Assembly: GCF_006345805.1 (NCBI RefSeq)
Contig: NW_021833744.1
Location: forward strand, 139,040-203,039
Direction: 5' to 3'
DNA: 64,000 nt
Source: Octopus sinensis
Taxonomy: Eukaryota
The translations under genes were made by a program, and so were the position numbers. The notes under the pieces are model-generated. The model was not told where the DNA came from and did no database searches. It saw only the letters and a program-made list of their open reading frames with translations. This document shows, piece after piece, positions 38,645-52,405 of the stretch (positions are counted from its first letter, which is position 1; each line of letters begins with the position of its first letter).

Positions 38645-40769
38645 CAGTCAACCCTCTCTATAATGAACAAAATGTGCACGTCAAAATATCATGTTCACTA
38701 TTGTCTTGCAGCGGTTCTCAACCTTTTAGACTGGGACCACTTTTGAACATAAAATTTGTGACCACCTTAATAAATAAACATTTTTTGGTATTAGCGCACA
38801 ATTTTGGCCTCGTCAGGGCCAGGTTTAGACATGTTCGAATATTTATTAAAAAATAACATGAACATTATGAAACTACCAGAAAATTTTAATAGTAATTAGT
38901 GAGATTCTGATCTGTTTGCTCAGATAATTTTATTATATCAGCTCTATGTTCGACAAAGTATCGATATCATCTGTACCGTAGTCTATTTCTATATTTTGTT
39001 TTTAAAAGTCAGACACGACATCGCCATTTAGTGATAAGTAGTGGGGAATCAAGATTGAATCCAAGCAGTTTACTAAAATTGGGATTCTTATATTGTTATT
39101 TTCGAAAATTCCTGGGGACCACTAAAAATTTTCTGGGACCACGATTCGAAACGCTTGATTAATGTCAATGTTTTTGATTTATACTTAATGTAAAATTAGT
39201 TTTAACTTTAATATATTTTTATTTCGAAAATCCTGGGCCCACTAAAAATTTTCTGGACACTACCGCTGGTCTATAGAACAAAAGAAATCAAATAACAATA
39301 AACAATATTAAAGTATAATTACAAAGATTATTTAGAGATTTTAATCATGTAATCGGTGATTTTTTGAGAATGATTAGTTTGATAATTTCTTAAAATTTTC
39401 CTCTTTGTCATAATTATTCTCAAGAAACCATAATTCAAGCGCCTTCGCATATTCACTAGCTTCATATAGTGTCGGAACATAAATTGTTTCATCTTCCTCT
39501 TCAACTTGGTTTTGCTGTTTTAGTTTTCTCGCAAAGTTTTGTATAAAGTTTTCGTCGTCAATTTGATCATTTTCATGAATCAAAAAATTTTCATCATCTA
39601 TTTCTTCTATTTCTGTCAGGTTCTGTATTAACGCATTTTCAAATGCTTTCTTGAAACAATTTGTAATTGTTAATTCCGACACTTCTAACCAAGCTTGATT
39701 TATGAATATCAAGCAATTCAATAGAGTGAATTTCTTCAACTTTTCCGTAACTTTTTCGTGATCTACATTGTCATCATTAGTATAAAATTCAATCAAGTGT
39801 GCACATAGGAGTTGTCTATACCTGTCTTTGAATGATTTTATTATTCCTTGATCAAGGGGTTGTAACTTCGATGTTGTATTTGGAGGGGAAAAAAAGAGTT
39901 CGATGTTACTGAACTCCAAATCACGTGAGTGTACAGTCGCATTATCAAGTAGAATTAGAATTTTTCTTTTTTGCAAAATCATTTTTTTGTTCAATTCTAT
40001 GAGCCATTCTGAGAAATAACCATATGTCTTCCATGCTTTTTTATTTGATTTGTATTCCACTTGTAAATTATTAATTAAATTTCTTCTTCCTTTATAAAGC
40101 AGCGTGGATTTTTGGCTTTTCAAATAAAAAATGGGTCAAGTTTTTCTCCCATCATACTAACGCAAAACATAACAGTTACTCTTTCTTTTATCGGTTTATT
40201 AGACAGATTTTTGTCCGAGTCAACAGCTAATGTTCTGTTCGACAAAAGTTTAAAAAACAATCCAATTTCGTCCAAATTAAAAATATTTTTTGAACAATAT
40301 TGTTCTAATTTTCTATTGAGACTTTCTGTAAAATTTTCAATCACAGAGGTTTCAACAAATTGATTTTTCCCACATAAAGCACGGGAAGCAACGCAATATC
40401 GATTTTTAAATTTCTCAAGCCATCCATTTGATGCTTGAAATCCTTGAATATTACAAACTTTCGCCATTTTTAGAGACATGGACTTCAAAAGATATTCATT
40501 GATTGTAAATCCAAATGATCGTTTTTCAACGAACCATTCAAATAGATCTCTGTCGAATGGTTGAGACTTGGGCAAGTAAATTTTCTTCTTTTTTTGGTCA
40601 TCTTAAACATTAAGTACTCCTTCAGAATTTTCAAAATTTTGTTTATGCAGCCCAGAGAAACATTGAAATAAAGGGATAAATCGCGCTGTGTGTAATGTCT
40701 ATTTTTATGATAAAATTCGATTATTTCCTTCTTTTGAAAAAATGACAGGCGTTTTCGATTTTCCACCAT
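38645..40769 (-). mobile_element. Tigger/pogo (CENP-B-like) transposon, frameshifted
   Basis: HTH (RKRLSFFQKKEII), CENP-B HTH (FQASNGWLEKFKNRY), DDE (IFNLDEIGLF, LLDNATVH, PPNTTSKLQPLDQGII). One TIR-like end TA|CAGTCAACCCTCTCTATAATG at 38643. The other TIR was not found. Confidence 0.85.
38709..39268. mobile_element. Non-autonomous hAT-like element nested in the Tigger end
   Basis: Starts CAGCGGTTCTCAACC and ends ACCGCTG. A roughly 45-bp subterminal segment (TTCGAAAA..CCTGGG..CCACTAAAAATTTT.CTGG) is duplicated. The TSD is imperfect (gtcttg vs gtctatag). Confidence 0.5.
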
Positions 40770-41116
40770 GCTAACAACTGTAGAACGTGTAGTTTATTCA
40801 TTTTAAAGAATTTTAAATATATATGTAAAAATATTAAATTTAATATTTTTATGTTCACAAAAATTTGACGTTCACTATTCTTTAATAGTGAACACAAAAA
40901 TATTTAAATAAATGATATTATACATTTTTAAACGTGGTATTCATTTTATAATAAATATATTAATGAGAATTACTAATATTTGTTATTGTAGATTGCATTA
41001 ATTTTTGGAACATCTGGAGTGTAATCTTTTCGAATTATTCTAACAATTAAGGTAAAATTCTTTAAAATTAATTTATTCTTTAAGTTTTACACTCCATTAC
41101 ACTCACTTATTTTCAG

Positions 41117-41294
41117 GAAACTGCCCTGAAAGTTTCCTTCACCCCCGAAGACCTCTTCCCCTGTCCTGGACCGCCTCACTTGTCTCCGCCTATTGGGATT
41201 CGGGATCTCTGGGAGCGCCCGATCTTCGCGTCTCGCTACCTGATTGCAGCCGGCTTCCTACGTGTTAGTGAAGCCGGGGTAACATAACTAACTA
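41117..41294 (+). mobile_element. 178-bp 3' fragment of LINE family B with TSD
   Basis: Homologous to the 3' ends at about 10110-10260 and 47320-47465. It ends in a stem-loop plus TAAC repeats and is flanked by the 12-bp direct repeat ACTTATTTTCAG (41105-41116, 41295-41306). Confidence 0.85.
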
Positions 41295-41939
41295 ACTTAT
41301 TTTCAGTTAGGCAACTGCTTAATTATCTCGAGATTTTTACTTTGAACTTTTCATACGTCCTTCTTGCTTCCGCAAATCTCGTATTTATTGGGACTAAAAC
41401 TTCACTGCCCCTGTTTTGTTCAAACATTCGTTTATAACGAGAAACAATTCTTTGTTGAATCAAAAATCTGCATCTTTATTCTCTTTCTTTAATCTCCGAT
41501 AAAAGCATCTCGGTTGAGCTTAAAACACTCTTTTGTTTTCTAAGCTTTTTCCTCGATTTGTGAATTCTGAGTTTTGTTCTAAAAATTTTTTCCATCCCGG
41601 ATGCAACCAATACTTGTTCCATATTTTTCGTTCATGGAATTCAAGTACCGCGTTGTATCGTCTACCTTTTTTGCCAGTTGATGTAATTAGCTGGAGTTGT
41701 CTTTTACTCTTAGCAAGCTTGGCTTGCACCTGTCGGTCCAGTCACTTCTCATTCAAATAATGCGCGAGAGATTTTCGTAAATTTGATACCTGGCATAAAC
41801 TATGTTTATAATATTATTTAGATTTTTAGGAGGCCATAATTTCATAAACTTCCAGATCGAGGAATTGATTCTCGATAAGATTTCCTTTTTTGGAAGTTGA
41901 TACAAAATTCTTTCCGTCGGCTTCAGCAATTCATGGGAA

Positions 41940-43230
41940 ATTAAACTTATTGCTATTCTATTTAGGTAAGTAGGTGAAAGAATAGTCGAGAGCTTAAGAG
42001 TCAGTTCAATGATGCCACGCTGTGTATTGGACGGCAGTTTCTACGGAGCACAGCGTCTGAAATTTGCTAGAAAAGCCAGCTCGTCTCTTTTTATTTGTTT
42101 GTTTTCGAGAAATTTTTTTACCAATATCACTGAGAAATTTAGTTGCAACCTTGCCGACAATTCAAGAAGTTTCGAAGGGAAATAAGGCAGAAGTCAAAAG
42201 TGTCTTTTGATTAATACACAGGTATTTTGTCCTTTTGATTCTTCGGTCTAAACACTGGCAGAGCTTGGGTTCCTGACGGTCTTGGGTAGCATTGTCACAA
42301 AAAACAAGTCGACACAGGTGGGATCCCAAACCAGGGACTTGCCTTCTTTGAAAGGAAAGATAATCACCCCGTCAGGACGTTTACCGTCGATTGATTCTAA
42401 AGTGAAAGGCAAACCTGTCAACTCTAGAGCCCTTTTGACTACGTCGTTAAGTTGAATGTAGCGAGGGATTCTATCAGCATTCTAGCAGCACTCGATCAGC
42501 GTCCGGCAAAGGTAGGGCAGGCAAACGCCCAAGCCTAAGCAGAGTCCAATCCGTAAAGATTCATCGTCCAGTAGTAATCCGTACTGGGGATAAGAAGTGG
42601 TTTGAGCCAGTCTTCTTATGCGGCTGACATAGGCAGTTTAAAAAGGCCAGGTAAAGTTGGTCGAACTTTGAGCGAAGCTTGCGTAATGTATCTAAGCAGA
42701 AAATTTTGTCCTAGCTATATTGAGCTAGAGGAATCGCAGGGAAATCAACGTCAATGGAACACCAAACATGGCAGGTAGAGGAGTATTCCGAAAGCTTGCT
42801 GAGTTCGAGAAAAGGAAATAGAAGTGAGCAAACGGAATTCCTGGAAGCCGAGGTTGAAAGAAATAGCAGAGCAGGCCCAAGTCCACACAAGAGGGAATTC
42901 TGATCTTTCCGAAACGTGTAGGTAGCCTGGCACAGGTAAAACCGTCCCCACTGAACCTCAAATTGAGATAGTATATTAAGGATTTGTGGACGAGATTGTC
43001 GTTTTTTGATAGAGAATTAGAAGTGACGAATAATGGGGAAGGAATAGAAATTTAGATCAGTCCGGGAACAAAAAGGAAGTTCTTTAATAGGAAAAACGCC
43101 AGATGTAGGCAAAGTCAACTGATCCGGTCAGTAAGCAGCCTAATTAGGTCCCGCTTAGACGATAGGGGTTTGATTACATAAAGGGCGGAAATTGGCGAGT
43201 CAAAAATAACTAGATCGGTAATAACTTATC
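41940..43230 (-). mobile_element. Degenerate CRE-clade non-LTR retrotransposon, 3' part
   Basis: Remnants of GKRPDGVIIFPFKEGKSLVWDPTC and the upstream segment homologous to 51200-52355, with many stops. Confidence 0.75.
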
Positions 43231-43717
43231 GGCAATTTTTAAGGTTAAAAAAATGTTGGCCCTAATCATGACTCACAAAAAAGTTTAAACATCAAATGTT
43301 GTAAATGACCATCTGAGTTCGTTAACTTAACCAATCCCCTTTTACTCGATTGGAATGCTCTTCGAATGTTTTCTCAATAATGACGACTGAATGTCTGTGC
43401 AGGTATATGAAGCTATTTGATTATTATCTGGAGTGTTTGAAAATAATATAAAACTAACACAAATGGCTTTCTGAGTGGATCGCATTTTCTAAAATAGGAA
43501 TTTCATGACCAAAGTCTCCTGAAATATCAAAAAACCTCCGTAAGGTATATTATCACTATAAAGTAACGAGTAATTCCTTCATTAATGTAAATTAAAGGCC
43601 TCTTGCAGCAATTTCCGAAAATCTTAGTGACAATAAAAAAAACTGATTCCCTTTAAGAATATAAATTGCTATGATTGCTTTATTAATTACATTCTAATCT
43701 GTGATTGAGTAAACTAA

Positions 43718-45938
43718 TTAAAAGCAAGAATATAAATCTGCACACAAGTCCCCATAGGTTAATCGAATATAACGTATATTATGCGAATAAATACGATTCG
43801 TCGATACACTCTCTATTTGTAAGGATGTAAAAATACATTTCTCTGATGGTTCTTTAGAACAAAAAATACGATCATAATCACGATATTTACCTCCCATTTC
43901 GAGTGGAAAATAATTCGACACGATGTGGTCTGTAGTGTCGGCATGACAGTCAATCGAGTCGACGTTGTAAACGGTGTCTAATTAAATAAGTATATTATAC
44001 TCGAAAGCCGAGATTTTTGTTCCATAGGACAATAATCCAAAGAATTTTCACTATAGGAGGACTCAACTGGCTCAACTGGCTGATACATTAAGTCGACACT
44101 CCCCATCTGAATTGGGTTGACTTGGAAATAGGGAAGTTGATAAGCTGGGACCCAGGCAGTAGACAAATACATAGTCATGCAGCTTCGATTGAACCTGAAT
44201 GATCTAATTTAATAAAACGACAACCATGGAGTATTTGAGGACATTAAATGATATAAATTCCAGAAAGGGAGACATATGGCTTCCTCACAAGTAACTCTTC
44301 GACTCTGATCAGTCACCAATATTTGTGAGATTGCATTAATGAAATGAACAACGTCAGAAGAGTACGCATTCGTGAACTGTGGGTCTTCACCCTCGGAGGA
44401 TTTCAACAACTAGACGTCAAAACACACAGGTAACTAGTTTTTGGAGAATTTTCATATTTTTGATTGAATATTTACTCGGATTCTTGACCCGAATTCCATG
44501 TTTTGAAAAATATTTTTGAGGATCCTTTGCTAAATCACAAAATGCCGTACCATAAGATTCCAAGAGTCGTTTGTCTCAAAAAAATTGGCTGCTCTAGTCC
44601 CGGATTCAAGCATATAGCGTGTGGGGTAACCAGCTGATTTGCAGATGTACCGAATCTGAATGAAAATTTCGCGGAAACCTGTTCATACTGATTAGATCCG
44701 GGATAAATTGCCCAGCCCGTGACGAGTTCGGCCATTATGCAACCGAAAGACCACATATCAATTTCCTTCCCAAATTGGCACCCAATGATGACTTCGGGGG
44801 CTCTGGGGGTGAGAAAGCTAACAAACCTGTAGTATCGAGATTGGATGTAAGAAGGAAGTTGATTTTCGGAACTTGAAATTGCAGAACCCAAATCGATGAC
44901 TTTTATCCAATACGGACACTTCTGGTGGTTGACGATCATTATATTTTCTGGTTTCAGATCCGCATGGATAATTCCGCAGTATGAAAGTGCAACCAGAGCT
45001 TTCAGAATCTAAAATACTTGAGAGATTGGGGTACTTGAAACGTTATTGCTCTAATTCCATCAAGTGGAACGCTTTTGAAGGCATTTTCCTGCATGAAATC
45101 GTATAGATTTTGAGAAAGCAGTTCGAATACGATGCAAGTATGACCTCGATGTTCGAAGTTGTCCAGGAGTGCTACCAAATGGTTGTTTCCTTTAAACAAG
45201 TCGGTTGATTGGAGCAAATTGAGGAATGAAATCTATAAAAATAGTTGTGGTTAATAATCGAAAGGTGCTTAATTAAGTATTATTATATTTGTGATTAAGG
45301 GCTCTCTCATTTATGTTACCTCAGACATTCCTTGCTCTCGATACGATGATTTCTTTTTCAGTATTTTTATGGCCACGTATCTACTTTTTTCATGTTGAAA
45401 TGCAATCGCCACTTGTCCAAACGTCCCTCGACCAGAATATCCCATAATGGTGTAGCGGAAGTATCCAGAGTTTATTTCCTACTATATTTCCAAGCTATTA
45501 CTTCAAATTTAGTTAGACGGTAATCGTCAACGCTATTCTGTTTACCAATTGATTCAGCTTGGGATAGTTTGAATTCAGTTTGATCAAATATTGGCTATCA
45601 ATAAGATAAGAATATTCAAACCTCTATCGAATTAGGATTATTTCCAATTGTCAGAGTCCGGTCTGCGCAATGGGAATTACGTTTCTAAAATAATTGGGAA
45701 GATAAGGTTTAAAAATAATTAAGACAATTGTTCCTACTGATTTATGAACAGCTCGATAAATATTATCTGAAATTAAAATATGCTTATTAATATCGACTAA
45801 GAACACACAAATTACCTTTCTGGAATTATTCACATTCTGATTAATATTTTTTTTGAATGAAACGATTTGTGAGCACTGTTTCACTCTGAGAAGATCTTTT
45901 GACGCATTGCCTTGCAGCTTTGTTTTATAATTTTCCAT
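43718..45938 (-). CDS. HIPK: Homeodomain-interacting protein kinase
   Basis: GRGTFGQV, VAIKIL, HTCIVFELLSQNLYDF, IIHADLKPENIM, IKVIDLGSA, YIQSRYYR/APEVIIG, IDMWSFGC...GWAIYPG. Both ends approximate. Confidence 0.88.
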
Positions 45939-47314
45939 AAAGTCAATTTAATCGAAATCAAGTCCGTTTAATAATAGCTGGATTTATTAATTTAAATACT
46001 CAAATATTTTCGTAATTTGACGGTACAAATCATTAAAGTGCGCATGTTTTCGATTATTATGTCCGCTTATAAATTCAGGAACCAGATTGCTCAAAAATTT
46101 TTATTCCTTCCTCTTTATCCATTTCGAACTGTATTGCTTTGTCATTTTAAAAGAACACAAATCCGATTTCTGAGCAGAATGCAATTTATTTAATCTTTTT
46201 GTTTATTATCGATTGCCAGACTTTCTAAATCAGGAAGATGGAAATGATTTGATTAAATTAATTATATTTTGGGACTAATTGTTTGTTCGCTCAATTCTAA
46301 TAATTGCATTTGCTATCAACGATTATCTCATTTTGAGTCAAATGTCAGTCTAAAAGCACTTCACTTAATTGGGAATTAAAACTCCTTTAAATCCTAACTT
46401 TTAAAAACCGAAAATAAAATTAATTTAAATTATTTTTGTCGGAACTGTCGCTTGGTAACTTCAACCAGCTGAATTTTTTAATTGATTCTTGGTATTTCAA
46501 GAGACTGGACTTGGCGTCAGGTTAAAAACGTCAAATATCCTTTAATACGTAATTATAAGTCATTATCAAAACTTTAATCAAGTTCTAAATTTATGCTGAC
46601 AGCTCAATATTATTTGAAAACAAAAAGCCATAAAATAATGTGAATATTTTTAGTTTTGTGAGAATAACACATTAAAAATCGAAACATGTAAATTAGATGC
46701 AATTAATAAATTGATAGAAAATGTAAATCATGTCTTTGTTTGTAAAATTCAACCTCAAGCGTAAAAGTAATTAAGGACGGAATCATAGAAAAACGCTGAC
46801 CATATCATTCGGATGGACAAAGCGAAATCAACAAAAATCTTTAAAAAGAATACTTTGAATTACCAAGGAATCAATCATGGCCATTCATATATTACGCATT
46901 ACCAAATCAATCCTAAAAATGATTTTAAAATGTAATTCTATCTTTTTCATTGCTAATACTTGAACCTGGATTAATCTATTTAGAAGAGTAAGCAGGAAGC
47001 ACTACTGTATTTACTTGTTTATAAGACTGAAATTTTCCCACGAGATTTCAGTTTAAAATTGCAGGCGTCATATAGGCGAGGCCTACAGTCAAAACATTTT
47101 GTTTCACTTAGACTTTACCTGCTTTCCTTCCTTCGTTTCATTAAATAGTCTGAACAGAATGTTGACAATTTCCCAGATAAAGTTTGACCCGTTTTATAAG
47201 CGAATTGTTTTATACATGAAAAAATATGGTCTTTTATATTTTTCAAATTGAACTGAGATGGCAATGTTGACAGCACATTAATCATATTTTATGATAAATT
47301 TGCTCACAGCTACC

Positions 47315-47830
47315 TTAATTAGTTAATCCCCGGATTTACTATCTTGTAGGAAACCAGCAGTAAATAAAAAGCGAGGGGTGCAGGCCGGCCGCTCTCACAG
47401 AGCCCGTGGTGGGAAGACGATTCAGGAGGCCCAGGACATGAGAAAAGGTCATCTGGGTGCACGAAGTGATGTGGTCTGTGGAAGAGGAAATAATGACCTG
47501 AGCGGATTCTAGATAGCTGTATACGGATTTTCCTGTTTAGCAATGATTCGGATTTATCGATAAAGGAAAACGCGGAGTCTAGTGGTTTATTTTGTTCGAG
47601 TGATCTGATGGCCTGAATAAAGTTTGGACATAGTTGATTCGTTTTTCAGTGGAAGTATTTTTAAGAGTAGTCTCAATTGATTTGAAAAAGTAGTGATGAT
47701 ATGCCTTTTCTTCGATGACGGGAGTACACGATGTTGAGGTTGTGGGCTTTCTAGGATCTCATTGAGGAATTGTAATCCACGCATTTCTAAGTGATGCCTG
47801 GGGGGAAGTTCGTCGATTTGGGCCATCTCC
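47315..47830 (-). mobile_element. Degenerate LINE family B, 3' fragment
   Basis: LPPRHHLEMRGLQFL (compare VEDHLVMRGLQFL at 10401-10646), RIQLSRIRSG, and the same 3' hairpin and TAAC-like tail. Confidence 0.75.
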
Positions 47831-48251
47831 TCGTGCCTACTGAAGTGGTCTTATGGCAGTTTAAAAATTCTGCGATATGTTAAATCTTTGACACACAAAA
47901 GTCGATTTCTTGACAGTTGCGTATTAAAGCATTACCATAAACAAAATCCTCGAAAAAGCATTATTATTTTCGCAAGCACAGTGTCATGGGTCATGGCAAA
48001 GTATGTGCAACACAATAGGTCAGTTATCTAGAATGTTTTCTCCATATCTGATGATTTAAAGCCGCGTTGCTTAACATGACGATCTTCATCTTTAGTAAAT
48101 CTGAAAGCTTTGGACCATCTCGGAGGAAGAAGAGGAAAAGGTAGTATAGCAGGGCCGCCAGAATGTCTCAATTTAGTTAATTTATTTATTATATTTAACA
48201 AGTGAGTCGGTGAATAATAACAAGTCATCTTGGTAACGAAAAAAATCCTGG

Positions 48252-49484
48252 ATGTCAGAGGCGGTAAATAAAGCTTACAATTTAATTAAATCTTCTCGGC
48301 CAGAATCCAAAATTGGTGATAAAGACAAAATATTTGATTTTAATGACTCAAAGTTACAATTTATGTTGATCACTGTTAGATCCACAGGCAGTTCTTTCAG
48401 TTTCAAAAGTAGTTCTTCTGAATATGAAGAAGAGTCAGATTCTCCAAAGGAATGTAATAAATTCAATTCTTAATCTTAGATGGGACAAGATTCCTTAAAA
48501 GAGGGAGTCGACTATTAGAGGAGTCCCCAATAATCGGTGGTCTAAAACAAAATAAAACTATTCACAGATCAAAATCTTGACAAGAAACGCAAGTCTAAAA
48601 AACGAATCAAAGAATCAAATATATTGGAGATCGGGGACCGAGGCAAATCCGAAGACCGCGAAACCATCACAAACATTGAAACCTCAAAACCGTCCCAAGA
48701 CGGAGGTAAATTAAATATATTTTCTAAATTGAAAGATGGCGTGGAAGACGAGTTCATAATGGATTTTGATGAATTGGCATCTTTAGAGGTTGTTGAACAA
48801 GACAACGTTTCCTTGTTGTCGAAAACACTCAAAGAAGAATTTGAGAAATCAGGAACAGTCAAGGAAATCAGTGAAGTAGAAGAAATAGTCACCATTTCTG
48901 TCTTGATAAAATAAATCTAACTTTATAGACAGTCAAAGAGGATGTGGATTCATTTCGTGATTTCCAGGATGAGATAATCGAAGAGATTTCCGCTCAACAA
49001 GAGGCTTATGAATCGGATTTTCTTGAGACCTGTTCGGAAAACACAATAATCGGACTGAATGTGTCAAATAATTCAGAAATGTGTCCCGAACTTCCTCAAA
49101 CCGAGGCTGCCGACGATACAAAAACAATTTTGAATATTTTGACCAATCCAACTAAGACAAATGACTCGTCAAACACCTCTCTGTTCAAATTTCAAAAGTA
49201 GTTTTATGCTTTCTGACATTACAGGGGAACGCAAACTGACAATGAATTAGAGAGGGTTTACAATGGTTAGTAGGGACTCCTCAATTTCAGATATCTGCGC
49301 TTCTTGTGTGGAAAAAACCTTGGGTTTAGATGGCGTTCTGATTCAGTTTTTGGTAATCAAGAAATCTGCCGACGTAAACAAGTTGGTTTACAACCAAACA
49401 GTAAAATCGATTCGTCCAGATTACAAATACGACTCAGGCAAACTGCATCGTCAAAAATTTAGAAAGAAACGTCCCAAAATTTGA
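48252..49484 (+). CDS. Unidentified acidic, low-complexity multi-exon protein
   Basis: Consecutive plus-strand ORFs (48252, 48624, 48944, 49263) separated by short intervals. Ser/Glu-rich, no family recognised. Confidence 0.4.
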
Positions 49485-49581
49485 AAAATTGCTGTTTTTA
49501 TTATTTTTTAGAAACTATTTTAATAAAATGTATTTATCCTTCCACCTTTCGACTCAGGTCCAAAAAAAGTAGAGAAGTTAA

Positions 49582-49850
49582 CTAAATTAGATGAGTCGCC
49601 GAGGGGATGGACAGGCAATTTCCACGTAATATCGCGAACGATATCCGCTGAAAAAGCCAGCTCGTTTCACGACTATCGTGACTCCTCCTCGAGATGATTA
49701 AACCAATCTCTGAGAGGAGTTTGAGGGCTTTGGGTCCAATTATCCCACTGGTCTCGAAAGCCAGAGGAATGAAGCAGCAGGTATCGGTCAAAGAGCCATA
49801 TTTTGCAGTTTTCCCAATCCATGATTCAAGGAGCCAATCCATCCATGATT
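49582..49850 (-). mobile_element. CRE-clade 3' terminal fragment
   Basis: FIPLAFETSGIIGP...WLFQRISFAILRGN, homologous to the C-terminus of the 49895 element. Confidence 0.85.
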
Positions 49851-49894
49851 TAATATTAAATCTGTAATTCGAATATAAATGATAATTAAACAAA

Positions 49895-52405
49895 GCTTCA
49901 CGAGTACAGAGGCGTTATCCGGCCTTTTCTGCCTGGCTGGGCTAAACAAAGCCCCAGCCAACGCATAAAGTCAAAAAATCCGGTCAAAGTAGCAACGCAG
50001 ACTCAGAAGCCCAAGACATTTTGCGCCTGCGGAACAGGATCAACACTAAACTGATGGAGGGAAATGTTGCCAGCGCTGTCCGTGTTTTATCATCTGATGA
50101 CTCAGTTCTTTCCATTACACCAAGTGTCCTCGCTGAGCTTAATGCAAAACATCCGAGTCCCCCCGCGGACCTTCGCTCTACTACTCTAAACTCCGATTAC
50201 CCCGCAACCTATACCCCCAAAGAAGATGTTCTAGATGCTATTAATTCCATCGCAACCGGCAGCTGCGGGGGCATCGACGGACTACGCCCAGGGCATGTGA
50301 AAGATCTACTCTCAAGCCACACCTGCGAGGCCGGCGCTCGGCTCCTCGTCTCCATAACTGCTCTGACAAACATGATCATCCAGGCACAAATCCCCGAGTA
50401 CGCTCGGGACCTCCTATTTTCTGCAAACATCACCGCATTGAGGAAGAAGGAAGGCGGGATCCGCCCTATTGCTGTTGGTACATTTTTTCGCCGTCTAGCT
50501 TCCAAAGTAGCCTGTAGACAAGTTACCAAGTCTTTGGGTCAGGAACTACGCCCGTTTCAGTTGGGCGTCGGTGTCCGCGGCGGCTGTGAAGCTGCTGTCC
50601 ATGCTGCAAGAAAGTTTATTTCCGCCTCGACCGAAAGGCCGGATAACGCCTCTGTACTCGTGAAGCTAGACTTGACAAATGCCTCCAACAGTCTTTGTCG
50701 GGACTGTATTCTCGAAACTTGCTACCGCCGTGCTCCCTCAATTGCCCGCTTGGTATCTATGGCTTACTCCAAGCCAAGCCTTCTTATTGCCGATGACCAA
50801 ATCCTACATTCCAGCAACGATGTTCAACAGGGCGACCCACTTGGCCCGTTGCTTTTTGCCCTGACGATCGATCCTGTGTTCGGAACATCTCATCTCGTTT
50901 CAATGTATGGTACCTGGACGACGCTACTATCGGAGGTCCGGTAGCTTCTGTCCTTAAAGATTTGGAAAATCTGATCCCCTCCCTTAATTCTCTTGGCCTA
51001 TCCATCAATCCGCTCAAATCCGAAATTGCCAATATTGGCTTTGCCCCAGAAGATTTTACCTCTGTATTTAATACGTTCTCGAATGTCCTTCCAAATATCC
51101 GCAGGACCTTGATCGAAAATTTGAAAATCTTAGGGTCCCCTATATCTAATCTGGGTGTTGAATCATCCCTATATGCTAAAACATCCTCGCTGGTGGCAAT
51201 TTCTAACAAACTAGCAAAAATCGATTCCCATTCCGGCCTGTTTTTCCTACGCAACTGTTTTGCAATTCCAAAGCTTCTATTTATCCTCAGAAGTGCCCCA
51301 TGTTTCTTTGACCTGAGGGCTCTCGAATCATTTGATTGGAGTCCATTTGCAATATTACCCTCGATGAGATCGGTTGGCAACAGGCCACACTTCCTATAAG
51401 CCATGGCGGTATTGGTATCCGATCATCTGTCGACCTTTCTATCCCGGCGTACTTATCTTCAGTTAATGCGACCAACGATCTGGTCCAGGAGATTCTCCAA
51501 TCCGTAACCGAATCATCTATGGACACAGAATCAGTCGCCGCAGAAAGTTGCTGGCAAGGGATGTCTCTGGAAATCCCGGAGAATACACACGCTCAAGGCC
51601 AATGGGACCGGATCCTCTGCGACCACAAGATAAACAGCCTCAAGCCGAAACTCAATCAACATCGCTTGGCTTGCTTATTGGCCGCCTCGCAACCATATTC
51701 TGGTGCATGGCTTACAGCAATCCCTATGGCGTCAATCGGCACCTTAATGGACAACGACTGTGTAAGGATTTCCGTCTCTCTCCGCCTCGGACTTCCCATT
51801 TGCAAAACACACCAGTGCCGCTGCGGTTTAAGAGTGGACTCATTTGGCCATCATCCCCTCTCCTGCTCACGTAGTGCCGGACGTTTCCCACGACACGCCG
51901 CCATCAACGACACCGTGAGCCGTGCCCTAACGACGGCGGGGTTTCCTAATGAGCTCGAACCAGTCGGGCTCGACAGAGGCGACGGTAAGCGCCCGGATGG
52001 CATGACAATCTTCCCGTTTGAAAAAGGGAAATGCCTTATCTGGGACGCCACCTGCTCCGACACTTTCTCCGCCAAGAATCTAATTGCCTCCGCTGCGGAA
52101 CCGGGCTCAGTTGCAAAGCAGGCGGAACTAACAAAACAGAAGAAGTACCGGGTCCTGGCAAAGAATCACCAATTCACTGCAGTCGCGGTGGAAACCTCTG
52201 GAGTCATCGGTCCGCAGACGCTATCGTTTCTCCGCCGCCTTGGATCTAAGCTCGTGGTTGCCACAAAAGATCCCAACGAGTCGATCAGACTCTTTCAAAG
52301 GATCTCATTGGCCATCATGCGCGGGAATTGCCAGTCGATTCGCTGCGCATTTTAACTCTTTTCGTTTATTAACAATAAGTTTGTCAATTTAAAAAAAAAA
52401 AAAAA
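49895..52405 (+). mobile_element. 5'-truncated CRE-clade non-LTR retrotransposon (RT + zinc knuckle + restriction-like endonuclease)
   Basis: GGIRPIAVG, QLGVGVRGG, QQGDPLGPLLF, WYLDD, CRC...HPLSC, KRPDG...WDAT, VETSG. Poly(A) at 52391-52405. 11-bp TSD AATTAAACAAA (49884-49894, 52404-52414). Two frameshifts. Confidence 0.93.
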
